From the NCBI RefSeq assembly GCF_009914755.1, contig NC_060925.1: DNA of 64,000 bases. One strand, given 5' to 3'. Origin of the DNA: the human T2T-CHM13v2.0 reference genome, Homo sapiens. Position 1 is the stretch's first letter. The number at the start of each line of letters is the position of its first letter. A model generated the notes under the pieces. It saw only the letters and a program-made list of their open reading frames with translations, was not told the DNA's origin and did not search any database. Positions 40,721 through 52,750 of the stretch are shown here, piece by piece. The position numbers and the translations under genes were made by a program.

Positions 40721-43700
40721 AAAGCCACAGTTCTGGTTCTTACTACCAGCCTTTCCTTGCTAGGGACCATCTTTCCTTAGTTTAGAGTTTCTCATGGTTT
40801 TATTTTTCTCCTCGGGCCTCATCTCTTTCCACATCAAACTCTGTTTCATATTGGTTTGCTGTCAAACTGGTTTCTTCTTAAATTTGCAGTGCATATGTAG
40901 TTTCAGAGCTTTTGATTTTTCAGTCTCCAGTTGTTTAAAGTTCAGACTTTCTGCTTGGCTTCACAAATATAGTTAGCTATTATATGATTACTTAGTTACT
41001 TATTTTCCTATTTCCAATTTTATGAATCCAGGCAAATGCATGAAATGTTAGAGATGAGAGGCTCCTCCAATGTTATATTTTCTGTTAACCAGTTCATTGA
41101 ATGCCTATTCCCTCCCTGCACCAAATGTTCCAGTCAAAGTGTTCTCTGCAGCTTCAGTGAGGGTGGTTTTATGGACCACCTTGGATTTAAGAAGGGGGAA
41201 AATACATTCTTGGCTGAGTATGGCATGTAAGACTTTTCTCTCATTACCGTAATGCTCTTCTCCCTCTAGTTATTTCTGGTTTCCAACTAATAAATGTCCC
41301 TGAGCTATAGTCCTCCTGCAACAAAATGTGATTTTATTATTCTATCTTTTTCAGCCTCCTCCTACATAAGCAGGCTTTGTATGACTATTTTAATAGAGGA
41401 AGAACATTGGGGAATTGATCTAGTGTATATGTGCATGAGCACAGAAGAATCATGGGAGAGAGATCAAGATGAAGGAATAAGAGATGTACATGAAATAAAA
41501 CTTGGTCTTCTATATTTGTGACCACAAGTTTTATTTTCCTTTATTTTTGGCCTCAAATTTCCTTCCATTTAATCTCTAATTGTTCTGACATTCAGAACAC
41601 CAGACATTGAAGTGAGCTTTGTCTCATGAACCTTGACTCCCGGCTCTGAGGTCTGAGTGTCTGACTCCACGTACACAGCAGGCAACCTGTGACACGCCTA
41701 AGCCACGTGATGCTATCACATCGCATCACAGTCAAGTGAAAAACAGGTAAAGCCTAAAGTCTGTCAGTGGAATAAAAAAATAGCCTCAGGTCACTTTCCA
41801 AAAGCATTTGACTTAAGAGGGGAAAAAAAGGCTGTATTCTGATTTTATAATCTAGCCAGTTATTCATTCACCAGAAATGTGTTCTTTTCCAGTGATGCAA
41901 GGCTTGCTTACTTTATCAAGTTATTCCATTACTGCCTTGGAATGACTGGAGGTGGGATGGAGTACTATGGAAAACAAAGCAAAAAAACTTGTTTTCAAAC
42001 TCTCTTCAACTCATTTAAACGTTCCATTTAGTCGAACAGGCATTTGTTTGGATATTCCTTTCCAAGTCTTGAGATCATTTAAGTGCCTATACTCTTTGGA
42101 AATTCTCCTCCATCTTTTCATTTTCATTTAGAATTAAGTTAAATTCTACTGTCATTTATTGTTCACCCTCTGCATACCAAACTTGGCATCTCTGCTGATT
42201 TTCTGTTTCCGTAGGAATGAAACTGCCCTTGAGAAAATATCACCTTCAAACCTTATGTTCATGGAAGGCTTAGATCCCATACTTACTTAGACCTCTTGGG
42301 CTCAAGATCACATAGATTTTTTTTTTCCTCAGTAAGTAGTTCATTCTAGAGGTGGATAATATAGAATTGCATGTTTTAAATGATGAAATATGACCAACTC
42401 CAGACTTACTAAGAAAAAATTTTGACATGGATAATCTCAAACTCAAACTGTATAATGAAAATTATGCAGAACATTGAAGTCAGACATGAACTAATCATCT
42501 TTCTAAACTTATCCAACGCTTTCTGCTAACTCCTGATTATGTGGGAGTTGCTGATCTGTTTTTCAGATTCTCCGGGAGTCTCCTAAGGTCATGTTCTGTC
42601 CTCATGTTCATATTTCTGGGCTTAAACAGAAGCTCAGGTTCCAGGCTTCTAGAACTTCCAAAGGGAGTAGGAAAAAATCCTCTGAGACCCTTGAATCACA
42701 AGACCGTGGTGAAAGCCAGCTCTACCCTGGGTCAGATTAAGTGGCAGCTAAACTGCCTGACTTTGTAAATCTTCCTGAAATCACTAGTTTAACTTGGTCT
42801 GAAAATCCCTTCTAGCGTACTCTACATGCACACGATTGTCTCTAGAATACCATTGTTAAAACATTGAGGCAGGGCCGGGACGGCTCATCTTTATGTGGTC
42901 TACACAGAGCACCTGGCTCAGGCCTTGTATGTGTTTGTCAAATGGATGGATATTTCTTGTAGAAGAGAGGTCCTGACTTAGTTTGCCTAATTAGCTAATT
43001 AATATGAAAAGACATCACAACCAGAGAGAGTGAGGCTTGAGGAAAACATTCATGATAGGCAGATGGTAATGAAATGGAAGGAATTGTGCTGTACATTTGA
43101 ATACGAGTGCTAAGAACCCCACTAGAAATACCAAATCAGGATCTTTGGAGAGTTGGGCCCAAGAATATGCATTTTCTTCAAACTCCACAGGAAATTTTGA
43201 AACACAGCTATGGCTGGAAATTATTCCAATAAAAGAAAGTTTTCTTGAGTTTAGTGCTTTCTGGATAAGTGGGAAGACAGTAGGTACTTATGAAATGCCT
43301 TCTTGATTGGATGAATAAATAAATCAGGGTCCAGGTAGAAGCTGAGTCCTTAATTACAGTTATGTCCCTGCTGCCCTCATTCTATCCAGGCCCAAACCTC
43401 TTTAGCAGCACTACCTATTCCTCAGCTATAATCTGGAGGATAAAGGGGAACCTGGGAAGAGCAATGAGAAGACAAATAAAAGCTGATGATTAAAAATAGA
43501 ATCTCAGGATGCTTTGGGTTACATCTGGTCTCCCCATGCTCCCCCAAAAAAGAGGCAGATTGGCATCCCATCTCCTCCAGCCAGCTTACAGCATATGCAT
43601 GATCAAAAGTAATTTATGGCTCCTTTTCAGGCTCAGCTCTGAAGCAGAGAAGCTGACATTAAAATGGTGCATGTAACAGAAATGTGGCCTTGGAGAACCC

Positions 43701-44289
43701 CCAGAGGAGTTCCAGATCAGATCAGCTGTCTTTCATTAATCAGAAATGGGCTGTAGTTCACTCCTCTATTTGGAACATGTCTAGCCTTCCATCAAAATGG
43801 CAGAATGGTGAGTTCATGGATAAGGGTTTAGCATGAAACTTGGTACACACTTGTTATTGCAATCTCAGACTGTAAAATGAAATGTCTTAAAGGCCCGATC
43901 AACCTCATCATTTGCAGTACCACATTTAGCATAGCTTTGTGAATTTTCTTTTATTCTTGATTGCTCCCCTCCTTCTCCCAATGCAAATGAGTGCCTGGTG
44001 CTCAGTGAGTTGTGTCCTTATGCATTTAGCTGAAATCTCCAATTATAGTCAGGAGTGGGACAGTCTTCAAGAAAAAAAGAAAACACTGGCAGAGGGGAAA
44101 ACTTGACAATCATGCCATTGAGCTAAGCACCGTGGTAAGTACTCTGCAGCATAGAAATCCATTGAGATAGCCACTATTATCTCCATTTTGTAGATGAAGA
44201 AAGTGAGGTTCCAAGATGCCAAGAGATTTTCCTAAATGTATGTGTGCAATAATATAGAGTCATAGAAGGTAAAGAGGTGGAGGGGAAGG

Positions 44290-44830
44290 AAGGCAAAGTG
44301 GGAGGAAGTCAGCCAAAGAAGCTAGTGGAGTAGTGTTCTGGGCAGAAGAAATACTTTAGAGGGAGAGAGCATGTGGGGAACTGAAATGTTGAAATTCAGG
44401 GAGAAGAGTAACAGGAGATGGGCTTCCAGACGGAAGGAGGCATTGAGAGGAAGGTGCCTCCCAAGGATCCTTGAGAGATATGTTAATGAGACTGGACTGC
44501 ATTCTAGGGAAGTTATATGGTTTGGAGTGGGGAAATGACATAGCAAGATTTGTGTTTCACAAGGATTACATCGAATGCAGCACAGAGAATAGAGGCAACA
44601 TGGAGGAAAGGTGACCACTGGTTGTGGTAGCCTTGACAAATGGCAAAGCCTGGTATGGTACAGTAGTAGTGCAGAACAGAGATACACATAGGAAGTAGAA
44701 TAACACAGGGTTTAGTGACAGACTCTGTGTGGGAGATAAGAGGACATGATAAGTCGTAACTGATGATGAGCATGGATCCTCAAGGAAAGACATAGTGGGA
44801 GAATGAAATGTTGGGGTTTTCTGGAGCTTG
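44290..44830 (-). mobile_element. L2 fragment
   Basis: Purine-rich L2 antisense motifs (ggaaatgacatagcaagatttgtgtttcacaaggattac). Confidence 0.6.
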
Positions 44831-45009
44831 GAACCAGTTCTTACTCTGGTTCTGTATTCTAACTTTTCTAGACTAAAAACTCCAGAAGGGTAGAAATCTT
44901 GCAGTCTAATTTCTCCCTACTCATTTTGTATGTGAAAGAACCCACAGAACAGTTGAGTTTGAAGGTCAGCTCTGTAATTTATTAACTTTGATACAGTATG
45001 AGGAAGATA

Positions 45010-45511
45010 CTTAATGTCTATTCAGGGCCCACTACATTTTGGGCTCTAGGAAGACAACAGTGATCGAGAATGAAAAATCTTTACCTTTACGAAACTCTAG
45101 TTCGGAAGAGAGACAATAAGGAAATACAGAAACACCGGATAATTACAAACTGTGATAAATGCCATGAAAGAAATAAAAAAAAGGATGATGAGATAGAGCT
45201 AAAGAATGGTAATTAGTCAGCCAGTAAGAAGCTGGGGGAAGAACATTCCAGGCAAGTGCAAAGCCTGCAAGTGTGAAAGGGTGTGGTGGGCCAAGTAACA
45301 GGAACCCCAGGCTGTGAAGAGATTAAGTTTTATTCTAAGAGCAAGAGAAGCCATTCATGCATTTTAAGCAAAGGAAGCAACAGATCCAGATTTACATTTT
45401 CATAATATCATTCTAGCTGTTGAATGGAGATCATGAATTAGAGAGAAAGTGACAAGAGAGAGACTAGCTAGGAGACTATTGCAGTTGTCCAAGAAAAATA
45501 AAAGTGTCTTA
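45010..45511 (-). mobile_element. L2, left piece of a copy that appears to resume at 56877
   Basis: gaagaacattccaggcaa, ttttattctaagagcaagagaagccatt, gagactagctaggagactattgcagttgtcca. Confidence 0.7.
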
Positions 45512-45526
45512 AATAATAATAGTTAA

Positions 45527-45833
<307 letters not shown>

Positions 45834-45949
45834 TTATAGAAACTCTTTATAGACTTGTAAGCAAATTTTCATGGATTGTTTATTTGAGGCAAGTTTTGGA
45901 CAAAAAACACTACAAATGTATTACTCAATTTACAGTTTTCCATCATGAT

Positions 45950-47240
45950 ATTTTTAAATTTTTCATAATATAGAAATATTGAAATAATCATAGTATTAGA
46001 CCATGTACCTATCACCAAGATTCTGCAATCAACCTTTTACTATTCTTGCTTTGCCACAAATGTATCCCTCTACTTATCTCTCTATCAATCCACCTTATTT
46101 TTTAATGAATTTCAAAGTAAATGCAGGCATCAATACAGTTCACTTCTAAACACTTCAACATGAGTACAATTTACTAGGGATCCATGTTTTTTATGATTTC
46201 TCTTTTTTTCTTCTGTCATCAAACATACATATTGTGTTTTTTTTTCTTTTTTAATTATTATTATACTTTAAGTTTTAGGGTACATGTGCATAATGTGCAG
46301 GTTAGTTACATATGTATACATGTGCCATGCTGGTGTGCCGCACCCATTAACTCGTCATTTAGCATTAGGTATATCTCCTAATGCTATCCCTCCCCCCTCC
46401 CCCCACCCCACAACAGTCCCCAGAGTGTGATGTTCCCCTTCCTGTGTCCATGTGTTCTCATTGTTCAATTCCCATCTATGAGTGAGAACATGCGGTGTTT
46501 GGTTTTTTGTCCTTGCGATAGTTTACTGAGAATGATGATTGTAAATGCACAGATTTACATATACCATTCAGTGAGTTTGACAAATACACACACTCAAGTA
46601 TGATCCAGGCTGTTTTACTCCTCTCCTTTGGGAACTCCAGTGACACTTTGTGAGAATTTTTCATATTGTCCCACAGGTTCCCTAAGGCTCTGTCATTTTG
46701 TTGAATCTTTTTTCTCTCTGTTCTTCAGTTTGGATAATCTATTAATCTACCTTCAAATTTACATTCTTCTATCATCTCCAATCTGCTGTTAATCTCACCA
46801 AGGGATATATATATTTTTTTAATTTCAGTTTTGTGTTTTAGCTCTAGAATTTATTTTTGTTCTTTGTTATAGTTTATGTTACTCTGTCAAATTTTCCTGG
46901 TCTTTTATTTATAATAAAGATATTTTCCTTTGCTATATTGTGCATAGTTATAATAGTGACTTTAAAATCCTTGTCTGCTAATTTTAACATCTGGATCTGT
47001 AGTCTCTGTTGATTGCCTTTTCTTTCAAATATGGTTCACATTTTTCTGTTTCTTTGTACCCATGTGTATCCATCGTTTAGCTTCCACTTATAAGTAAGAA
47101 CATGTGGTATCTGATTTTCTGTTTGAGTTATTTCACTTAGGATAATGGCCTCCAGCTCCAACTGTGTTGCTGCAAAAAACCATTTTATTCTTTTCTATGG
47201 CTGAGTAGTATTCCATGACATATATGTATCACATTTTCTT
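45950..47240 (-). mobile_element. Cluster of old L1 fragments (L1MC/ME 3' ends, L1M ORF1-like piece ~46655-47055, L1PB/MA 3' UTR ~47058-47240)
   Basis: catgtacctatcaccaagattc; gtaaatgcacagattt...gagtttgacaaat; ttagcttccacttataagtaagaacatgtggtat. Confidence 0.65.
46236..46540 (-). mobile_element. 5'-truncated L1PA3-like element (~300 bp)
   Basis: Reverse complement carries aatgctaaatgacgagttaatgg and gtaactaacc (L1PA2/3 type, GAG rather than ACA); short TSD attgt (46231-46235 / 46538-46542). Confidence 0.88.
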
Positions 47241-50200
47241 TTTTTTTTCTTCAACTTTTAAGTTCTGGGGTACATGTGCAGGATGTGCAGGTTTGTTACA
47301 CAGGTAAACATGTGCCATGTGGTTTGCTGCACAAATAAACCCATTACCTAGGTATTAAGCCCAGCATCCATTAGCTATTCTTGCTGATGTTCTCCCTCCC
47401 CCTGCACCCCCACCAACAGGCCCCAGTGTGTGTTGTTCACCACCATGTGTCCATGTGTTCTCATCATTCAGCTCCCACTTATAAGTAAGAACATTCAGTG
47501 TTTCATTTTCTGTTCCTGTGTTAGTTTGCTAAGGATAGCAGCTTCCAGCTCCATCCATGTCCCTGCAAAGAACATGATTTTATTCCTTCTGATGGCTGCA
47601 TCGTATCCCATGGTGTATGTACTACATTTTCTTTATCCAATCTATCATTGATGGGCATTTGGGTTGACTCCATGTCTTTGCTATTGTGAATAGTGCTGCA
47701 ATGAACATATGCATGCATGTGTCTTTATAGTAGAATGATTTATATTCCTTTGGGTATATACCCAGTAATGAGATTGCTGGGTCAAACAGTATTGTTGCCT
47801 CTAGGTCTTTGAGGAATTGCCACACTGTCTTCCACAATGATTAACCTAATTTACACTCCCACCAACAGTGTAAAAGCATTCCTTTTTCTCCACAACCTCA
47901 CCAGCATCTGTTGTTTCTTGACTTTTTAATAATCGCCATTCTGACTGGTGTGAGATGGTATCTCATTGCATTTTTGATTTGCATTTATCTAATAATCAGT
48001 GATGTTGAGCTTTTTTCATGCATTTCTTGGCCACATGAATTTATTCTTTTGAGAATTGTCTGTTCATGTCCTTTGCCCACTTTTTAATGGGGTTGTTCAT
48101 TTGTTTCTTGTAAATTTGTTTAAGTTCCTTGTAGACTCTGGATATCAGACCTTTGTCAGATAGATAGATTGCAAAAATTTTCTCCCATTCTGTAGGTGGT
48201 CTGTTCACTCTGATGATAGTTTCTTTTGCTGTGCAGAAGCTCTTTTGTTTAATTAGATCTCGTTTGTCAATTTTTGCTTTTGTTGCAATTGCTTTGGGCA
48301 TTTTTGTCATGCAGTCTTTGCCCATGCCTATGTCCTGAATGGAATTGCCTAGATTTTCTTCTGGGATTTTATACTTTTGGGTTTTAGATATAAGTCTTTA
48401 ATCTGTCTTTAGTTATGTTGCAGGAAGTCAGGGACCCTGAACGGAGGGACCGGCTGGAGCCGCGGCAGAGGAAAATAAATTGTGAAGATTTCATTTTAAA
48501 ATGGACATATATCAGTTCCCAAATAATACTTTTATAATTTCTTACACCTGTCTTTATTTCAATCTCTGAACATAAATTGTGAAGATTTCATGGACATTTA
48601 CCAGTTCCCAAATAATACTTTCATAATTTCTTATGCCTGTCTTTACTTCAATCTCTGAACATAAATTGTGAAGATTTCATTTTAATATGGACATTTATCA
48701 ATTCCAAAATTAATACTTTTATAAGTTCTTATGCCTGTCTTTACTTTAATCTCTTATTCCTGTTATCTTCATAAACTGAGAATGTACATCACCTCAGGAC
48801 CACTCTTGTGTTAAATGTACAAATTGATTGTAAAACATGTGTATTTGAACAATATGAAATCAGTGCACCTTGAAAAAGAACAGAATAACAGTGCTTTTCA
48901 GGGAACAAGGGAAGACAACCATAAGGTCTGACTGCCTGTGGGGTGAGGCAGAATAGAGCCATGTTTTTCTTCTTGCAGAAAGCGTATAAATGATGTGCAA
49001 GTAGGGAAGATATTGCTACATTCTTTTCCTAGCAAGGAATATTAATAATTAAGACCCTGGGAAAGGAATGCATTCCTCAGGGGAGGTCTATAAATAGCTG
49101 CTCTGGGAGTGTCTGTCTTATGCGGTTGAGATAAGGACTGAAATACGCCCTAGTCTTCTGCAGTACCCTCAGGCTTATTAGGGTGGGGAAAATACCCCAC
49201 CCTAGTAAATTTGAGGTCAGACCAGCTCTCTACTCTCAAACCCTGTTTTCTGTTGTTTAAGTTGTTTATCAAGATGATATGTGCACAGCTGAACATAGAC
49301 CCTTATCAGCAGTTCTGGATTTGCCCTTGTCCTGTTTCCTCAGAAGCATGTGATCTTTGTTCTCCTTTTTGCCCTTTGAAGCATGTGATCTTGTGACCTA
49401 CTCCTTGTTCTTGCACCCCCTCCCCTTTTGAAATCCTTAATAAAACTTGCTGGCTTTAAGGTCAGGTGGGCATCATGGTCCTACTGATATGTGATGTTAC
49501 CCCTGGAGGCCCAGCTGTAAAATTCCTCTCTTTGTATTCTTTCTCTTTATTTCTCAGCTGGCCAACACTTAAGGAAAATAGAACCTATGATGAAATATTG
49601 GGGGTGGGTTCCCCCGATAGAGTTAATCTTTGTATAAAATGTAAGGAAGGGGTCTAGTTTTAATTTTCTGTATGTGGCTAGCCAGCTCTCCTAGCACCAT
49701 TTATTAAATAGGGAATCCTTTCCTCATCGCTTGTTTTTGTCAGATTTGTCAAAGATCATATGGTTGTAGGTGTGCAGTCTTATTTCTGAGTTCTCTATTC
49801 TGTTCCATTGGTCTATGTGTCTGTTTTTGTACCAGCACCTTCTGTTTTGGTTACTGAAGCCTTATAGTACAGTTTGAAGTCAGGTGGATGATGCCTTCAG
49901 CTTTGTTCTTTTTGCTTAGGATTTTCTTGGCTATTCAGGCTTTTTTTGGTTTCAGATGAATTTTAAAATAGTTTTCTCTAATTCTGTGAAGGACATCAAT
50001 GGCAGTTTAATGGGAATATTATTGAATCTATTAATTACTTTGGGCAGTGTGGCCATTTTCATGATATTGATTCTTCCTATCCATGAGCATGGAATGTTTT
50101 TCCATTTGTTTGTGTCCTCTCTGATTTCCTTGAACAGTGGTTTGTAGTTCTCCTTGAAGAGGTTCTTCACTTCCCTTGTTAGTTGTATTCCTAGGCATTT

Positions 50201-51681
50201 TATTGTCTTTGTAGCAATTGTGAATGGGAATTCATTCATGATTTGGCTCTCTGCTTGCCTGTTGTTGGTGGATAGGAACACTAGCAATTTTTGCACATTG
50301 ATTTTGTATCCTGAGACTTTGCTGAAGTTGCTTATCAGCTTAAGAGGCTTTTGGGCTGAGATTATGGGGTTTTCTAGATATAGGATCATGTCATCTGCAA
50401 ACAAAGGTAATTTGACTTCCTATCTTCCTATTTGAATACCCTTTATTTCTTTCTCTTGTATTATTGTCCTGGCCAGAACTTCCAATACTATGTTGAATAG
50501 GAGTAGTTGAAAGAGGGCATCCTTGTCTTGTGCCAGGCTTCAAGAGGACTGATTCCAGATTTTGCCTATTCAGTATGATATTGGCTGTGGGTTTGTCATA
50601 CATGGCTTTTATTATTTTCAGGTATGTTCCTTCAATACCTAGTTTATTGAGAATTTTTAACAAGAAAGGAAGTTGAAGTTTATCGAAGGCTTTTCTGTGT
50701 CTGTTGAGATAATCATGTGGTTTTTGTCTTTAGTTATATTTATGTGATGAATCACATTTATTAATTTGTGTATGTTGAACCGACCTTACATCCTGGGGAT
50801 GAAGCCAACTTGATTGTAGTGGATAAGCTTTTCAATGTGCTGCTGGATTTGGTTTGCCAGTATTTTATTGAGGATTTTTGCATTGATGTTCATCAGGGAT
50901 ATTGGTCTGAAGTGTTTTTGTCATTGTTGTATCTCTGCCAGGTTTTGGTATCAGGATGATGCTTTTCTCATAGAATGAGGTAGGGAGGAGTCCCTCCTTT
51001 TCAATTGTTTGGAATAGTTTCTGTACAAATGGTAGCAACTCTTCTTTGCACCTCTGGTAGAATTCAACTGTAAATCCATCTGGTCCTGAGCTTTTCTTGG
51101 TTGGTAAGCTATTTATTACTGCTTCAATTTTAGAACTTGTTATCGGTCCATTCAGGAATTCAGTTTCTCCCTGGTTAAGGCTTGGGAGGGTGTATGCATC
51201 CAGGAATTTATACATTTCTTCTAAATTTTCTAGTTTATGTGCATAGAAGTGTTTATAGTATTCTCTAATTGTTGTTTTTATTTTTGTGGGGTCAGTGGTG
51301 ATATCCCCCTTATCATTTCTGATTGTGTCATTTGATTCTTCTCTTTTCTTCTTTATTAGTCTAGCTAGCAATTTATCTATTTTATTAATTTTTTTTCAAA
51401 AAAACAGTTCCTGGATTCATTGATTTTTGAAGGACTTTTGGTCTCTGTCTCCTACACTTCTGCTCTGACCTTGGTTATTCCTTGTCTTCTGCTAGCTTTG
51501 GAGTTTGTGCTTGGTTCTCTAGTTCTTTTGGTTGTAATGTTAGTTTGTTGATTTGAGATCTTTCTAGCTTTTCGATGTGGGCATTTGGTGCTATAAATTT
51601 CCCTCTTAACACTGCTTTAGCTGTATCCTACAGATTCTGGTACATTGTCTCTTTGTTCTTATTAGTTTCAAATAACCTCTT
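47240..51681 (-). mobile_element. 5'-truncated L1PA11-13 (ORF2 remnant plus 3' UTR), interrupted by MER11
   Basis: ORF2 fragments in the track (50865-51371; 49952-50404 with FADD RT motif; 48041-48325; 47622-47837); 3' UTR cagcatccattagctattctt; poly-T at ~47240. Confidence 0.92.
48416..49619 (+). mobile_element. MER11 (A/B-like) solo LTR of HERV-K(HML-8) inserted in L1 ORF2
   Basis: tgttgcaggaagtcagggacc ... ggttcccccgata; 1204 bp; 6-bp TSD tagtta/gagtta; L1 sequence is contiguous across the insertion. Confidence 0.92.
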
Positions 51682-51703
51682 TTTTTTTCATCATGTTATT
51701 CAT

Positions 51704-52159
51704 CATGATGGATGAATAACATACTCAGACACTGATATTCAGTGAAAGAGCAGCTAGGGAGCCTGGCTGTGCACAGAAAGATTTGTGGCAGCCATGTGCC
51801 CTGACTAGCTGGCCCTGTGGGCATTTATTCAGCACAGATTTAATGACAAAGGCTTTGAGTCAACACACTTGTGGGTAATTAATCTGGTCGCCCTCCCCCA
51901 GAGAGAGCAGTCATGCACCTGTGGAAGATCAAAGGTCAGTCTTAGGACCACATAAGTAAACAAGCTATTTAGATAAACTCCCCACATTCCCTTGTTATTT
52001 GCTCTTCTGCTATCAGCTCAAGGTAAAGAGGATTAGGCTGCCTTCAGCCATATCTTTTACTGAAGCTATGCAAACCTCCCGGCCTTCTAAGAAGGTTTGT
52101 GTCTATTTCCTATAACTTCATAATTTTTCCCACCACCTTGACTTGACTGATCCCCTACA
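51704..52159 (-). repeat. 3' LTR (LTR22-type), missing ~30 bp of its U5 end
   Basis: Direct repeat of 56395-56876; begins TGTAGGGGATCAG at 52159, preceded by PPT AGAAAAGAGGGAGA (52173-52160). Confidence 0.9.
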
Positions 52160-52750
52160 TCTCCCTCTTTTCTGTATTTTTTTTTTTTTTTTTTGCATCA
52201 GGCTTGGTTGTTTGAAGAGTACAGTTGTGTGCAGCAACAGGTCTGTTAGGCGAGGTGGTCATTGCTCTTATTCGGGCTTTGCATTCTAGAATTAGCAAAT
52301 AACATAAGACAAACATGAGTGTAATTAGCAACATTCTTTTCCAACCAAGGAGTGACCCCCAGGAGTCGGGGTCTATCCAGGAGAGATGTTTTTGCATATC
52401 TTTTCACATGGTTGTTACTGAGGAACCCCACTGGGGGTATATTAATTCCTCTTAGCCAAGCAGTCATGTTGTTAGAAGCTGGGAAGGGGGTGTTCGCCTA
52501 AGTAACTGGGCTGAGAAAAGATGGATTTAGAAGATGGGCTTAATAGAGTGTTGTAGGTACAGGTAGCAGGCAAAGTGAGAGAATAAAAATGTTAATAAAG
52601 TATAGAAAGGAACAAATTATCTGCAGTGAATGGTGTTTGTGTCTGGAGCAGGATTCGCTCAGTCTGAGTTGTCTTCTTCAGGATTCTGTCTGGGGCTTGT
52701 GCCACCCAAGGAAGCTGCATCATCTGGAGCTCTAGGTCCTGCAGGGACAT
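52160..52750 (-). pseudogene. env: env remnant: leader/signal region joined to TM C-terminus; most of SU/TM deleted
   Basis: Hydrophobic anchor WKRMLLITLMFVLCYLLIL (ORF 52155-52397); only ~600 bp between IN end and PPT. Confidence 0.7.

Noticed and set aside
48475-48750. Regularly spaced direct repeats resembling a CRISPR-like array
   Set aside because: These are tandem U3 units of the MER11 LTR with no unique spacers, in eukaryotic DNA.
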